Positions 1-10,418 of a DNA stretch of 64,000 nt are shown piece by piece (within the stretch, counting starts at the first letter, position 1; every line of letters begins with the position of its first letter). The stretch is from an uncultured Candidatus Saccharibacteria bacterium (GTDB lineage: Bacteria > Patescibacteriota > Minisyncoccia > Phycocordibacterales > DATDWN01). The notes below the pieces were generated by a model. It saw only the letters and a list, made by a program, of their open reading frames with translations. It was not told where the DNA came from and did no database searches. Made by a program: the position numbers and the translations under genes. The stretch is taken from contig CAYXZA010000001.1 of assembly GCA_964469605.1 (NCBI GenBank), positions 6,899 to 70,898 of the forward strand, given 5' to 3'.

Positions 1-56
1 ACCAAAAAGGTGGTTTTTTGCAATGAAAGCTTAATTCTTTCAAATAATACTAAGTA

Positions 57-3000
57 TTATTTTGATAGAACTTCAGCTGACATATTTGAAGCAGGAAGAC
101 CAACTACGCCATAACCATTTGTCCAATCATTAGATGCATAAACTGATGTAGATGTAGCATTTGGTGACCAGATAAAGTCGTTATTTGAATCGTTGTTGAT
201 TGAAAGTCCATTACCCATAAATCCTGAAAGTGAAGGATAAGCCGCATCACCTTGAACTTGAGTTTGAACAGATGCTCCTGTAGCAGAACCAGATACAGTA
301 CCAACTACATCAAAGTATCTTACTGCACCAGCTGGGACTTGAACTGTTGTTGTAGCACCAGCAGATGTTTGAGCAAAGACTTCTAGATCTGTTGAAGATG
401 AAGCCCAAGCTGTTCCAGCAAGGTTTGATGCAAGCATAGAACCATCAGAAGTCAATCCAGAAACTGGAGTTGAGAATGATGAATCTGTGTATGATCTTAT
501 GTTAATACCTGTAACTGTAGCAGTTGTTGTAGCAACTCTAACTGTAAACTTGTAGATACCTACATCACCAGCAGTTGAAGCAGTCACTTTAAATCTTAGA
601 AGTGATTGTTCACCGTTGTTTAGTGTGTTTGTAGGAACTGAAAGTTTTGTAAATGTAGGGTATGATTTGAACAATCTTACACCTGACACTGCTGTTGAAG
701 CAGATGAGTTTGAAGTTGCTAGGTTGATTGTAGAACCTGAATCAGTTCCTGTTCCTTCTGTTCCTGTTGTATCAGAACCGTTTATATCAACTGCAATCAA
801 GTGACCTTGAACTCCTGGTTGTGAAGTTCCAATAGCAGCAAAGTCAGCCTTGATTGTAAGCACTTTGTCTGTATCTTTTGGAAGAGAAACAGGTGTTGCA
901 AATGTAGTTGTAGCAACTGTATTTGAACCAGTAAATACTACTGAACCAACTTGTGTAGATCCATCCCAAACTGTGACTTGTATCAAGTCAGAAGCAGAAG
1001 ATGAAGCTGAGTTAGTCAATTTCAAACCTAATTTGTTTAGATTTATACCTTCGTTATAAGCTCTGAATTTGTATACACCTAGAACATTTCCAGTTGTATT
1101 TGCAGCAGCTATAGAATATGAAGGACTTGAAGCATCAGTTGTAACTACCAAGTAACCATTTCCAACTGTTTGTGTTTGACCAGCTGAAGCTGAAACAGAT
1201 TCAGTAACATCGTTAGATGAAGTGATACCTGTTACAGATATTGAAGGTGAAGCTTGAATACCCCAAGCATATGTTGCTGAAGTTGTAGCTGTTGAAGAAA
1301 TATTACATTTTAGTTTAACAGTCTTAACTGTTCCTTTTGGAATTGTTAGTGACTGATCTAGTGTAAATGTAACATCACCAGCTGAAGTTTGAGCAGCTGT
1401 TGGGTTAACAACATTTGAACCTGTGTTCAAAGCTGATGTTCCATCAAACAACTGACAAGAATTCAATAGATTTGCAGCACTTCCTGAGTATGTCAGTTTA
1501 AGTGGAATTGAAGCAAATCTAACATCTTCACCAGATTGTGAAGCATCAAATTGATAATTTGCAAACTCTCTAGCTGAACCACCAGCAACTATTGTTTGAG
1601 CAGCTGGAGTTGTAGCAACTGAGATAGCAAGTGAAGCAGCCTTTACAGTCATAGTATTCATTGAGAATACACCATTTCCTGAAAGACTGATTGTGTTTCC
1701 TGTTGTTTGACCAGTTATGTTTGACCAATCAGATGAAGGTGTTGTAGATGCTGTAAGAGTCGTATTGTTTGAAACACCTGAAGGTATTTTACCTTTTAGA
1801 GTATATGTTTTCACTCCAACTGGGAATGTTACAGTATCTGTGAATGTTACTTTTTGAGCAACACCACCAACATTAGTTGCATCAACTGGACCAGCAACAA
1901 CTGCACCATTTGAATCAACAAGTGATACATTTGTTAGAAGGTATGAAGAAGCAGCTACACCTGAACTGTAGTTAAAGTAATAAACCATACTTTGAACTGA
2001 TATAGGTTCACCTTTTATATCTGCATTGAATCCACCAAGAACTTGGTTAGGAACATTAACAGCTATATTTTGAGCAGCAACAGTGTTAGCTTTCTGTATT
2101 GTTGTAACAGAACCAGCTGAAACTGTAACTTTTGAACCATCAAACCAAGGTGTTGAAGCTGTGAACTCAGAAGTTGAATCTGAAGCAGTTCCTGCACCAG
2201 CTGGAGGAGTTATACCGTAACCGTAAGTTTCTCCAGATAGATATAGATCTGTTGTCTTGTAGATATCAAACTTGATTGTTCTTCCAGCAGCACCTGTTCC
2301 AACGATATCACCTTGGATATAGATGTCTTTTGAAGCACCTTTATCTATTGAAATACCGCTTCCTAGGTTAGCTGAATAGTATTTACCATCAGCAGAAACA
2401 GTTGTTGGGTAAGAAGTTCCATCAATATAGACTACAACATTTGCTAAGTCATTTGATGAAGCTGAACCAGATTGATTCCATCTTATAGATTGAACCTTAA
2501 CTTTTTCTACTGAACCAGCTGTAACACGAACACCAGCAAATTTATATCCTGTTGTTCCAATTTCTTTTGTTTGAGAAGTATTTGGATCAAATGAAGATAT
2601 GTTCATTGTAACTGAACCAAGTGAAAGTGTTCCGTTGATTGTGTGCATAGCACCCATTATTGGAAGAGAACCTCCAACTGTTGCTGAAGTGTTAACTGCA
2701 ACAACATTTAAACCAGCAACTTGACCTGCATAAGTTGAAAGTGATGAGGCCATATTACCAGCAATTGTAACAACTTTTGAAGTTCCAGCCTTAACAACGA
2801 AAGGTTCACCTACCATTGCTCTGTGATCTGAATTCAAAGTCTTTGCTATACCAATTTGTGTTCCATCAGAATTCAATAGAACAACACCACCAAACACAGC
2901 ATCTTGTGCAAGACCTGTTCTCTCTACTGTAATAGAGTTAACAGTTACATCTGCAGAACCAGCTGTAAGTGTAAGTGTAGTAAATGGAACTCTAGATGCT

Positions 3001-3467
3001 CCTTGTGGTGCTAAACCATTTGCAGGTTGAGAACTAGCAGAAACTGTAAGTGCACCTCCTGTTGGAGTTGAACTTCCACCATTTCCGTTGTCTGTTGTAG
3101 AACCACCTGAACACATTGAGTTAAGTTTAGCTCTTGTTATAGAACCAACAAAACCAGCAACTGGAGAGATTCCGTATTTTGATTGGAATTTCATAACAGC
3201 AGCTTTTGTAGCTTGTCCAAAGTAAGTTGTTTCATTACCCATTGAACCAGCTCCTGTTGAAGCAATTTGTGTATCAGCAGACATGTTAAGAGTCTTTTGA
3301 AGATTCATAACATCTGTTCCTCTGCTACCAACAGTTAGATTTCTACTGAAAGTGTAGCATTGTGATGTTTGTGCATCTGCTGTAACCGGAGTCACAACAA
3401 AAGACAATACCATCGCAACACCAACAAAAGCAGCAGATACCTGTGCTAATATCGATTTTTTATTCAT
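57..3467 (-). CDS. Large secreted S-layer-like protein with N-terminal peptidoglycan-binding domain
   Basis: 1136 aa; signal peptide; 'FSRNLTVGSRGTDVMNLQKTL...TYFGQATKAAVMKFQ...GFVGSITRAKLN' PG-binding motif; Ser/Thr/Gly-rich beta-strand body. Confidence 0.8.
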   Translation of the reverse strand: MNKKSILAQVSAAFVGVAMVLSFVVTPVTADAQTSQCYTFSRNLTVGSRGTDVMNLQKTLNMSADTQIASTGAGSMGNETTYFGQATKAAVMKFQSKYGISPVAGFVGSITRAKLNSMCSGGSTTDNGNGGSSTPTGGALTVSASSQPANGLAPQGASRVPFTTLTLTAGSADVTVNSITVERTGLAQDAVFGGVVLLNSDGTQIGIAKTLNSDHRAMVGEPFVVKAGTSKVVTIAGNMASSLSTYAGQVAGLNVVAVNTSATVGGSLPIMGAMHTINGTLSLGSVTMNISSFDPNTSQTKEIGTTGYKFAGVRVTAGSVEKVKVQSIRWNQSGSASSNDLANVVVYIDGTSYPTTVSADGKYYSANLGSGISIDKGASKDIYIQGDIVGTGAAGRTIKFDIYKTTDLYLSGETYGYGITPPAGAGTASDSTSEFTASTPWFDGSKVTVSAGSVTTIQKANTVAAQNIAVNVPNQVLGGFNADIKGEPISVQSMVYYFNYSSGVAASSYLLTNVSLVDSNGAVVAGPVDATNVGGVAQKVTFTDTVTFPVGVKTYTLKGKIPSGVSNNTTLTASTTPSSDWSNITGQTTGNTISLSGNGVFSMNTMTVKAASLAISVATTPAAQTIVAGGSAREFANYQFDASQSGEDVRFASIPLKLTYSGSAANLLNSCQLFDGTSALNTGSNVVNPTAAQTSAGDVTFTLDQSLTIPKGTVKTVKLKCNISSTATTSATYAWGIQASPSISVTGITSSNDVTESVSASAGQTQTVGNGYLVVTTDASSPSYSIAAANTTGNVLGVYKFRAYNEGINLNKLGLKLTNSASSSASDLIQVTVWDGSTQVGSVVFTGSNTVATTTFATPVSLPKDTDKVLTIKADFAAIGTSQPGVQGHLIAVDINGSDTTGTEGTGTDSGSTINLATSNSSASTAVSGVRLFKSYPTFTKLSVPTNTLNNGEQSLLRFKVTASTAGDVGIYKFTVRVATTTATVTGINIRSYTDSSFSTPVSGLTSDGSMLASNLAGTAWASSSTDLEVFAQTSAGATTTVQVPAGAVRYFDVVGTVSGSATGASVQTQVQGDAAYPSLSGFMGNGLSINNDSNNDFIWSPNATSTSVYASNDWTNGYGVVGLPASNMSAEVLSK

Positions 3468-3843
3468 ATATATATGTAATACACATTTTCCATCCTCAAT
3501 TACTTTTAAAATTTTTGAATCAAGAAAAAGTGTTAACTGATAAATTAATTAATTAATAACCTTTTAATTTTGAATAAAATCTTTTTCGTAAAATTTTATC
3601 CGTCACTAAATCTTTTACTTGCTTTATGAAAAATCATAAACCGACCAAATAAAAGTTAGCTAGTATTTTTAGACCGAATTCAACATTAACAACCAAATAT
3701 AGAAAAAATCATTCAGAAATTTCATCTCATTTTATTGAGATTTTAACTCTCTATTTGATTGTCAAAGTTCAATCAAAAATCTGTATTTTAAGAAAACTGT
3801 TTTACTTATTTTTATACAAATAAATACAACTTTCTTGACACTT

Positions 3844-3872
3844 ATTATATATGCAAAACAAAAGATGCACAA
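3844..3872 (-). promoter_or_regulatory. Putative sigma70 promoter of the S-layer-like gene
   Basis: Minus strand TTGTGC-17nt-TATAAT; a perfect DnaA box (TTATCCACA, minus strand) lies at 3882-3890. Confidence 0.45.
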
Positions 3873-3999
3873 AAAAATGTCTGTGGATAAATGGGCTTAA
3901 AATAAGGACTTTCGCCTTTTAAAAACCCATTTACACCACATATATAGTATCTCAAAAAAATGGCAAAAAGTCAATAAATAACGGTTTTCTGTGCAAACC

Positions 4000-4839
4000 T
4001 TAACTTTTAATCAAAGAGTATCTACTCCACCTCCTTTCGCCTGTCTTTTTAACCAGACCCCTGTCTATTAGATTTATAAGCTCCCTTTGTATAGTTTTTT
4101 CACTACAGTCCTTTATAATCTGGCTTATAGTTCCTATTGTAATATTGTCATTTTTAGCCAAAATAGAGATTATAGAATTTTGTCTGTTAGACTTCTTTGT
4201 CACATCATTTACCACATTGTTTACAGTATTTTTGTCTTTTAAACTATATTGGACATTTGATGTTTTTATAAAAGACTTTTCAGAATTAACCATTTCGACA
4301 GCCTTGTTTTCGTGAATATCAAAAAAGTTTTTTTCAAATCCAAATTTTACAGAAGAAACATCTTTCTTTTCAAAAGAACTTGCAAAATGAATTAGGTTTA
4401 GAAACTCATCTTTTAGTATTCTAAAATTCATATCTGATACTAGACCTGAAAAGTTAGCGATCTCTAAAAGAGAAACTATTTCCAAAATATTATTTTTCAA
4501 AAGATTTAAAAATTCTTGTTCTCTAAATTTTAAAACATCTTTGAAACTTAAAATAAAAGACAGTAAACTTGAAACTTTGGATCTGAGAGTCCATTTCATA
4601 GGTTCAGAATCTCCGAAAAGATTTGTAACCATATAAAGTGCCGTTGCTAATTTTTCTGTCTTTTTATAAATAAAGATAAAAGACTTATCATCACCAAAAA
4701 AATCTATACTTTTGGCTGTATTTTGTATGTCTTTTACGGTTTGTCCCTGAATATTATTTGACTGTCCTTGTTGATTTTGGTTTATGTCCATTTTAGTCTT
4801 TAAGACTTTTAGATATGTCTTTTTCAAAAAGATTTTCAC
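4000..4839 (-). CDS. Hypothetical protein, N-terminal helical bundle and C-terminal DeoR-like winged HTH
   Basis: C-terminal 'SEKTIQRELINLIDRGLVKKTGERRWSRY'; true start may be the second Met. Confidence 0.65.
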   Translation of the reverse strand: MKIFLKKTYLKVLKTKMDINQNQQGQSNNIQGQTVKDIQNTAKSIDFFGDDKSFIFIYKKTEKLATALYMVTNLFGDSEPMKWTLRSKVSSLLSFILSFKDVLKFREQEFLNLLKNNILEIVSLLEIANFSGLVSDMNFRILKDEFLNLIHFASSFEKKDVSSVKFGFEKNFFDIHENKAVEMVNSEKSFIKTSNVQYSLKDKNTVNNVVNDVTKKSNRQNSIISILAKNDNITIGTISQIIKDCSEKTIQRELINLIDRGLVKKTGERRWSRYSLIKS

Positions 4840-4928
4840 TAAAAGACTTATTTGATTGATACATTGTCCATTATAGATAAATCACATATTTTTAGCAAGA
4901 TTTTTATAAAAAATGTTATGATATTTAT

Positions 4929-7133
4929 ATGGCAAAAATTAAAAAAGAACAAAAGAAAAAAAAGTTAGATGACGAATTTGAAGAAAAAGAATCCTACTTA
5001 AAAACAGAAACCACACAAGGTATTTTAGCTATATTGTTTTTTGTTTTGGGAATATTTTTTATATTAAGCGGTTTCCAAAAATCCGGCAAAGTTGGGTTGA
5101 TAGTTTTTAAGATTTTTGAAAAACTTTTTGGATACGGTTTCTGGCTTATACCGCTTATATTTATACTTCTTAGTGCTTCATTTTTTAATTCTTTAAAAAA
5201 GAAGTTGGCTCTAACTCACAGTATAGGTGGGTTACTATTTTTTGTATCAACTTTATCTATATTAAATATATTTACAGAAAAAATGTCTGGACTTGGTAAA
5301 GGTGGTTTTATTGGTGGATTTATATCTACCCCACTAACCTCTCTTTTTGACATATATGCTTCTGTTATCATACTTTTATCATTTATTGTTATTTCTATTT
5401 TGATAATGTTTGATATACCTCTGAAAATCAGCTTCCAAAATATTTTCTTTAAAAAAGAAGATTCTCTAAAAACAATTGACGAAGATAAAGAGATAATACT
5501 AAATCCAGAGACCAAAAAAGCACTAGAAGAATCCAAAGAAAATAAAGAGATTAAAACTGAAAAACCAAAAGAAGTTAAAGAAAAACAAACATCAGATTTT
5601 GAACCACTACTCGGTAGAGTTACTTTAGCTGGAAAAGAATTTATTCCTCCTCCACTTAATCTTTTAGAGAAAGACAAGGGGAAACCAGAAGTTGGTGACA
5701 TAAAAGCAAATTCAAATATTATAAAAAGAACTTTGGCTAATTTTGGTATAAATGTAGAAATGGATGAAGTTTCAATAGGACCATCTATAACAAGATATGC
5801 ATTGAAACCAGCCGAGGGTGTAAAACTATCAAAAATAGTCTCTCTTCAAAATGATATTTCTCTGGCTTTGGCAGCACATCCTATCAGAATAGAAGCTCCT
5901 ATACCTGGAAAATCTCTTGTTGGTATAGAGATACCAAACAGTAGTAAAACAAAAGTTAGATTAGGATCACTTCTTTCTAACCCAGAATTTCAAGAGTCTG
6001 ACAAACCTCTATTTTTCTGTCTAGGTAAAGGTATTTCAGGTCACTCGTATTTTGCAAACTTGGCAAAAGCACCACATATGCTCATAGCAGGTTCAACTGG
6101 TTCTGGAAAATCTGTAACTATACATGCAGTTATAACATCACTTCTTTATAGAAATTCACCAGACAATTTAAAATTTATTATGGTTGATCCAAAAAGAGTA
6201 GAATTGACCTTGTATAACAAAATACCTCATCTCCTTACACCAGTCATAACCGATGCAAAAAAGACAATAATGGCACTTAAATGGGCTGCAAAGGAAATGG
6301 ATAGAAGATATGACATACTTCAAGCAAATTCACTTCAAAATATTTCTTCGTATCACGAAAAAATAGTTGAACCAGCTATCAAAAAAGCAAAATCCGATAA
6401 AAATGCAAAAATGGATGGTATTGAAACTATGCCTTATATAGTCATTGTTATAGATGAACTGGCAGATATTATGCAGGCATACCCTAGAGAACTTGAATCT
6501 GGAATTGTTAGACTAGCACAAATGTCCAGAGCCGTAGGAATACACCTTATACTTTCAACTCAAAGACCAAGTGTTAATGTTATTACAGGTCTTATAAAAG
6601 CAAACATACCTTCAAGAATCGCTCTTCAAGTTGCCTCTCAAATAGACTCAAGAACAATACTTGATATGTCCGGAGCGGAAAAACTTCTTGGTGCCGGAGA
6701 TATGCTCTATCTATCAGGAGAAATGTCTCAACCTCAAAGAATTCAATCTGCATACCTATCAGAAGATGAACTTAAATCTGTTGTAAACTATCTTGCATCA
6801 AACTATCAAAACGAACTACCAGAATCAATAGACCTCTCACCAAATTCAAACATCAACACAGAAAATAATCCCATCTTTTCATCCGATGTAACATCTGATG
6901 AAAATGAGGAAGATGATGATCTTTACGAAGAAGCTAGAATGACAGTTATACAAGCTGGAAAAGCATCTACATCGTTTTTACAAAGAAAACTTGGTATAGG
7001 ATATGCAAGAGCAGCTAGACTTATAGATATTTTGGAAGAAAGATCTGTTATAGGCCCAGGGTCAGGTGCAAAACCAAGAGATGTGCTTATAAAACCAGAG
7101 GATAATATAGGTCAACAAACAGAAACAGCATGA
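4929..7133 (+). CDS. ftsK: DNA translocase FtsK/SpoIIIE
   Basis: N-terminal TM helices, Walker A GSTGSGKS, 'VIVIDELAD', gamma domain 'LQRKLGIGYARAARLID'. Confidence 0.97.
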   Translation: MAKIKKEQKKKKLDDEFEEKESYLKTETTQGILAILFFVLGIFFILSGFQKSGKVGLIVFKIFEKLFGYGFWLIPLIFILLSASFFNSLKKKLALTHSIGGLLFFVSTLSILNIFTEKMSGLGKGGFIGGFISTPLTSLFDIYASVIILLSFIVISILIMFDIPLKISFQNIFFKKEDSLKTIDEDKEIILNPETKKALEESKENKEIKTEKPKEVKEKQTSDFEPLLGRVTLAGKEFIPPPLNLLEKDKGKPEVGDIKANSNIIKRTLANFGINVEMDEVSIGPSITRYALKPAEGVKLSKIVSLQNDISLALAAHPIRIEAPIPGKSLVGIEIPNSSKTKVRLGSLLSNPEFQESDKPLFFCLGKGISGHSYFANLAKAPHMLIAGSTGSGKSVTIHAVITSLLYRNSPDNLKFIMVDPKRVELTLYNKIPHLLTPVITDAKKTIMALKWAAKEMDRRYDILQANSLQNISSYHEKIVEPAIKKAKSDKNAKMDGIETMPYIVIVIDELADIMQAYPRELESGIVRLAQMSRAVGIHLILSTQRPSVNVITGLIKANIPSRIALQVASQIDSRTILDMSGAEKLLGAGDMLYLSGEMSQPQRIQSAYLSEDELKSVVNYLASNYQNELPESIDLSPNSNINTENNPIFSSDVTSDENEEDDDLYEEARMTVIQAGKASTSFLQRKLGIGYARAARLIDILEERSVIGPGSGAKPRDVLIKPEDNIGQQTETA

Positions 7134-7486
7134 AAGAATTTATAGTAAAAAACATAAATAAAATACTAATAACTCTTTTTCTTTTGTTTATATTTTCTTA
7201 TGGAATAATAGAATCAAAAGCCCTAATACAAGGCCCCCAGATTACAATAAACTCACCTTTATACGGAGAAACATATAAAAACTCAGGGGTAGTTATAAAA
7301 GGTCTAGCCAAAAATATAAGTAAAATATCTTTAAATGATAGAAATATCTTTTTAGATAAAAATGGCAACTTTATAGAAAAATTGCTGATGTCACCTGGTT
7401 ATAATATAATCAATATCAAAGCAGAAGATAGGTTTGGAAAACAAATTTCTAAAAAAATAGAAGTAACCTGTTTGTGCGATAATTAA
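7130..7486 (+). CDS. Membrane-anchored Ig-like domain protein
   Basis: N-terminal TM; 'GYNIINIKAEDRFG' bacterial Ig-like motif; overlaps the ftsK stop (ATGA). Confidence 0.65.
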   Translation: MKEFIVKNINKILITLFLLFIFSYGIIESKALIQGPQITINSPLYGETYKNSGVVIKGLAKNISKISLNDRNIFLDKNGNFIEKLLMSPGYNIINIKAEDRFGKQISKKIEVTCLCDN

Positions 7487-7492
7487 AATAAT

Positions 7493-8569
7493 ATGAAAAA
7501 GACAAAAAAAGAAAGTAAGCCAGTAAAAAATACAAGTAGGATAGAAGATGCATTAAAAGAGATAAAAAGTCGTTTTGGTGATGATGCCATAATGACACTC
7601 GGAGAAAAACCAAAAGTCAACATAGATGCAATACCAACAGGATCAGTTGGACTTGATGCAGCACTTGGAGTATATGGAATGCCAAGAGGTAGAATAGTTG
7701 AAATATTTGGACCAGAATCAAGTGGAAAAACTACCCTATCCCTTCATGTTATAGCCGAAGCTCAAAAAAAAGATGGTATATGTGCTTTTATAGATGCTGA
7801 GCATGCCCTAGATCCTGAATATGCTAAAAGGATTGGAGTTAATATAGAAGAACTTTTAATATCTCAACCCGACAATGGCGAACAAGCACTTGAAATAGTT
7901 GATTCACTTGTCAGATCTGGAAAAATAGATGTTATTGTTGTTGACTCCGTAGCAGCACTTACACCAAGAGATGAAATAGAGGGAGATATGGGAGCGATGC
8001 ATGTAGGAAAACAAGCAAGACTTATGTCTCAAGCTCTTAGAAAACTGACAGCAATAGTTGCAAAATCAAAAACAGTTGTTATCTTTCTAAACCAAATCAG
8101 AATGCAAATCGGAGTAATGTTTGGAAATCCAGAGACAACACCAGGAGGAAAAGCTTTAAAATTTTACACATCTGTTAGGATAGACATAAGGAGGATTGCT
8201 CAGATCAAAAAAGGAGAAGATGTGATGGGTGGAAGAGTTAGGGTTAAAGTTGTAAAAAACAAAGTAGCAGCTCCATTTAAGCAAACAGAGTTTGATCTTA
8301 TGTATAACGAAGGTATATCCAAAGAAGGAGAAATAATCGCACTTGGTGAAAAAATGAAAATTATTGAAAAATCTGGATCAAGTTATAGTTATGGAGAATT
8401 AAAGCTCGGTAGAGGTTACGATTCCACAAGACAATTTTTGAAAGAAAATAAAAACATTTCAGATGAAATCTTGAAAAAAATAAAAGAAAAATTAGATGAA
8501 AATGGTGGTTCAATATCCCCTGTCTCTGAAAAAGAAGTTGAGGATAAAGAAGAAGCACCAGAGGAATAA
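7493..8569 (+). CDS. recA: Recombinase RecA
   Basis: GPESSGKTT, 'IVVDSVAAL', 'GGKALKFY'. Confidence 0.99.
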   Translation: MKKTKKESKPVKNTSRIEDALKEIKSRFGDDAIMTLGEKPKVNIDAIPTGSVGLDAALGVYGMPRGRIVEIFGPESSGKTTLSLHVIAEAQKKDGICAFIDAEHALDPEYAKRIGVNIEELLISQPDNGEQALEIVDSLVRSGKIDVIVVDSVAALTPRDEIEGDMGAMHVGKQARLMSQALRKLTAIVAKSKTVVIFLNQIRMQIGVMFGNPETTPGGKALKFYTSVRIDIRRIAQIKKGEDVMGGRVRVKVVKNKVAAPFKQTEFDLMYNEGISKEGEIIALGEKMKIIEKSGSSYSYGELKLGRGYDSTRQFLKENKNISDEILKKIKEKLDENGGSISPVSEKEVEDKEEAPEE

Positions 8570-8575
8570 AAAACG

Positions 8576-8603
8576 AAAAAGCCGCGGGTTTTAATCCGCG
8601 GCT
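8576..8603. terminator. Intrinsic terminator between recA and the convergent micro-gene
   Basis: AGCCGCGG-loop-CCGCGGCT preceded by an A run (U-tract on minus strand). Confidence 0.75.
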
Positions 8604-8607
8604 AAAA

Positions 8608-8724
8608 CTAGGACCATCGGCGGTATTCCCGCCAAAACGTCCTTGATTTTTCCATCCGGCGAGCTCGCCGGAATGCTTCCTCGCCTTCAGCGAGAAAGCT
8701 AAGAATTTTGATGAACAAATTCAT
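8608..8724 (-). CDS. Unannotated 38-aa leaderless small ORF or structured sRNA
   Basis: MNLFIKILSFLAEGEEAFRRARRMEKSRTFWREYRRWS*; ATG 6 nt after TATAAT; own terminator. Confidence 0.45.
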   Translation of the reverse strand: MNLFIKILSFLAEGEEAFRRARRMEKSRTFWREYRRWS

Positions 8725-8730
8725 ATTACA

Positions 8731-8759
8731 ATTATATCAAATTAAATACAAAATGTCAA
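8731..8759 (-). promoter_or_regulatory. Consensus sigma70 promoter
   Basis: TTGACA(8759-8754)-17nt-TATAAT(8736-8731) with extended TG. Confidence 0.8.
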
Positions 8760-8826
8760 TGGTATGTTTTTAACAATATACTATATAATTTTTCGGTATT
8801 ATAATTAGATTTAATATATATAAACT

Positions 8827-9402
8827 ATGCTTGAATATAACGAAATAACAGAAAGAAAATACATCATATACGAAGGTCAACCTTTTGAGGTCTTATCTTC
8901 TCATGTATTTAGAAAACAACAGAGAAAACCTGTAAATGCAACAAAACTTAAAAACCTAATAACAGGTAAAGTCACAGAAGTTTCTTTTCATCAATCAGAA
9001 AAAGTGCAGGAAGCTGAGATAAATAAAAAGGATGTAAAATACCTTTACAACAACAAAGGTGAATATTGGTTCTGCGAAGTAAATGATCCTAGCAAAAGAT
9101 TTTCAATGAAAGAAGATTCTATGGAAAGTGGTATTAAGTTTATAAAAGCAAACTCAGTTATAACAATACTACTATTTGATGAAAAAATAATCGGAGTAAA
9201 ACTTCCTATCAAAGTTGATCTAAAAGTTACAGAAGCACACGAAGCTGTTAGAGGAAATACAGCCCAGGGTGCAACAAAACAAGTTGTGCTAGAAACAGGA
9301 GTGACAATAAATGTCCCTATGTTTATAAAAGAAGGAGAAATAATAAGAGTCAACACCGAAGATGGGCAGTATGTTGAGAGAGCAATGGGAAATAGTTATT
9401 AA
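8827..9402 (+). CDS. efp: Elongation factor P
   Basis: 'VRGNTA...LETG..INVPMFIKEGE.IRVNT..GQYVER'. Confidence 0.95.
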   Translation: MLEYNEITERKYIIYEGQPFEVLSSHVFRKQQRKPVNATKLKNLITGKVTEVSFHQSEKVQEAEINKKDVKYLYNNKGEYWFCEVNDPSKRFSMKEDSMESGIKFIKANSVITILLFDEKIIGVKLPIKVDLKVTEAHEAVRGNTAQGATKQVVLETGVTINVPMFIKEGEIIRVNTEDGQYVERAMGNSY

Positions 9403-9449
9403 AAAACACAAAAAGGAAAATATATACAGAGCAGTTTAAGATATATTCC

Positions 9450-9732
9450 GTAAAAGCATAGTATTTAGAGACTTGCGAGCGCGACTGGCACGAGCACGAG
9501 GAATTTTTCAGTAGAAAAATATCCGTGCTCTAAATATTATGCTTTTATAAGGCAAATACGAGTAGTTTTTTATTTTCAAACGAAGCGAGCGAAATAAGAA
9601 AGTATTCTTTCTTATTTCCGAGTGCAGTGTAGAAAACAAAATATTCCACAGCTTGCTACGGAGATAAACCGTGAGCGAAGCGAACACCCTTTGGGTCCAT
9701 GGCTCTGCCCTGGGGTTTAACACCTTTTATTT
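9450..9732. repeat. Composite palindromic REP/MITE-like element (family A, longest copy)
   Basis: Nested hairpins; 'ttttcaaacgaagcgagcgaaataagaaagtattctttcttatttccgag' and 'ggctctgccctggggtttaa' modules recur at ~41605, ~44701 (inverted) and ~46723. Confidence 0.75.
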
Positions 9733-9742
9733 TTAAACTTAT

Positions 9743-9940
9743 CTATCTTATTGTATAAGGAATAAGTCCCATAAATCTTGCTCTTTTTACAGCCAAAGCA
9801 AGTTTTCTTTGATTTAAAGCAGTAACACCAGTTCTTTTTCTAGCAATCATTCTTCCGTGTGGGTTTAAGAACTTCTTTAAAAGATCTATGTCTTTAAAAT
9901 CTATGTGATTTATATTATTTTGTGAAAAGTAACATTTCAT
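9743..9940 (-). CDS. rpsR: 30S ribosomal protein S18
   Basis: 'IDFKDIDLLKKFL...TGV...QRKLALAVKRARFMGLIPY'. Confidence 0.97.
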   Translation of the reverse strand: MKCYFSQNNINHIDFKDIDLLKKFLNPHGRMIARKRTGVTALNQRKLALAVKRARFMGLIPYTIR

Positions 9941-9961
9941 AATTTATTTTTATTGATTTTA

Positions 9962-10411
9962 TTAAAATGGTATATCTTCTGGATTTATATCTTCTTCTGG
10001 ATATTCTATTGTATCCATTTTTGAATCAGGAGCAGAAGAATCTCCAGAAGTCTTTGATTCATTGGCAAATGAAGAGCCACCCTCTTTTCTTGGGCCAAGC
10101 TGTATTCTATCAGCAACAACCTCTGTTCTATAATTTTTCTTTCCAGAAGCATCGTCCCAGCTCCTTGTTTGCATTCTACCTTCAACTAAAACTGAACTTC
10201 CTTTTTTTAGATATTGAGAAACAATATCAGCTTGTTTTCCAAAAACTACTATATTATGATAATCAACTGATTCTTGTTTAACACCATTTTTATCTTTCCA
10301 AACTCTGTTTGTTGCCACTGAAAATGAAGAAACTTTTATACCTGACGGTAAAGACTTAGCCTCTGGATCTTTTGTTAAATTACCTATTAAAATAGCTTTA
10401 TTTAAATACAT
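9962..10411 (-). CDS. ssb: Single-stranded DNA-binding protein
   Basis: 'LNKAILIGNLTKDPE', C-terminal DIPF. Confidence 0.98.
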   Translation of the reverse strand: MYLNKAILIGNLTKDPEAKSLPSGIKVSSFSVATNRVWKDKNGVKQESVDYHNIVVFGKQADIVSQYLKKGSSVLVEGRMQTRSWDDASGKKNYRTEVVADRIQLGPRKEGGSSFANESKTSGDSSAPDSKMDTIEYPEEDINPEDIPF

Positions 10412-10418
10412 ATTTTTA

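Noticed and set aside
104-1059. Short ORFs overlapping the S-layer gene (and similar antisense ORFs throughout)
   Set aside because: Antisense or frame shadows of well-supported genes
4000-4839. Avd (DGR accessory protein) call for the N-terminal helical bundle
   Set aside because: Only fold-level resemblance; fused to a wHTH and not next to an RT
8576-8730. Identification of the GC-rich islets (here and 41400-41600) as SRP, 6S, tmRNA or RNase P RNA
   Set aside because: No SRP helix-8 motif, tRNA-like ends or P4 signature recognisable; an Rfam scan is still needed
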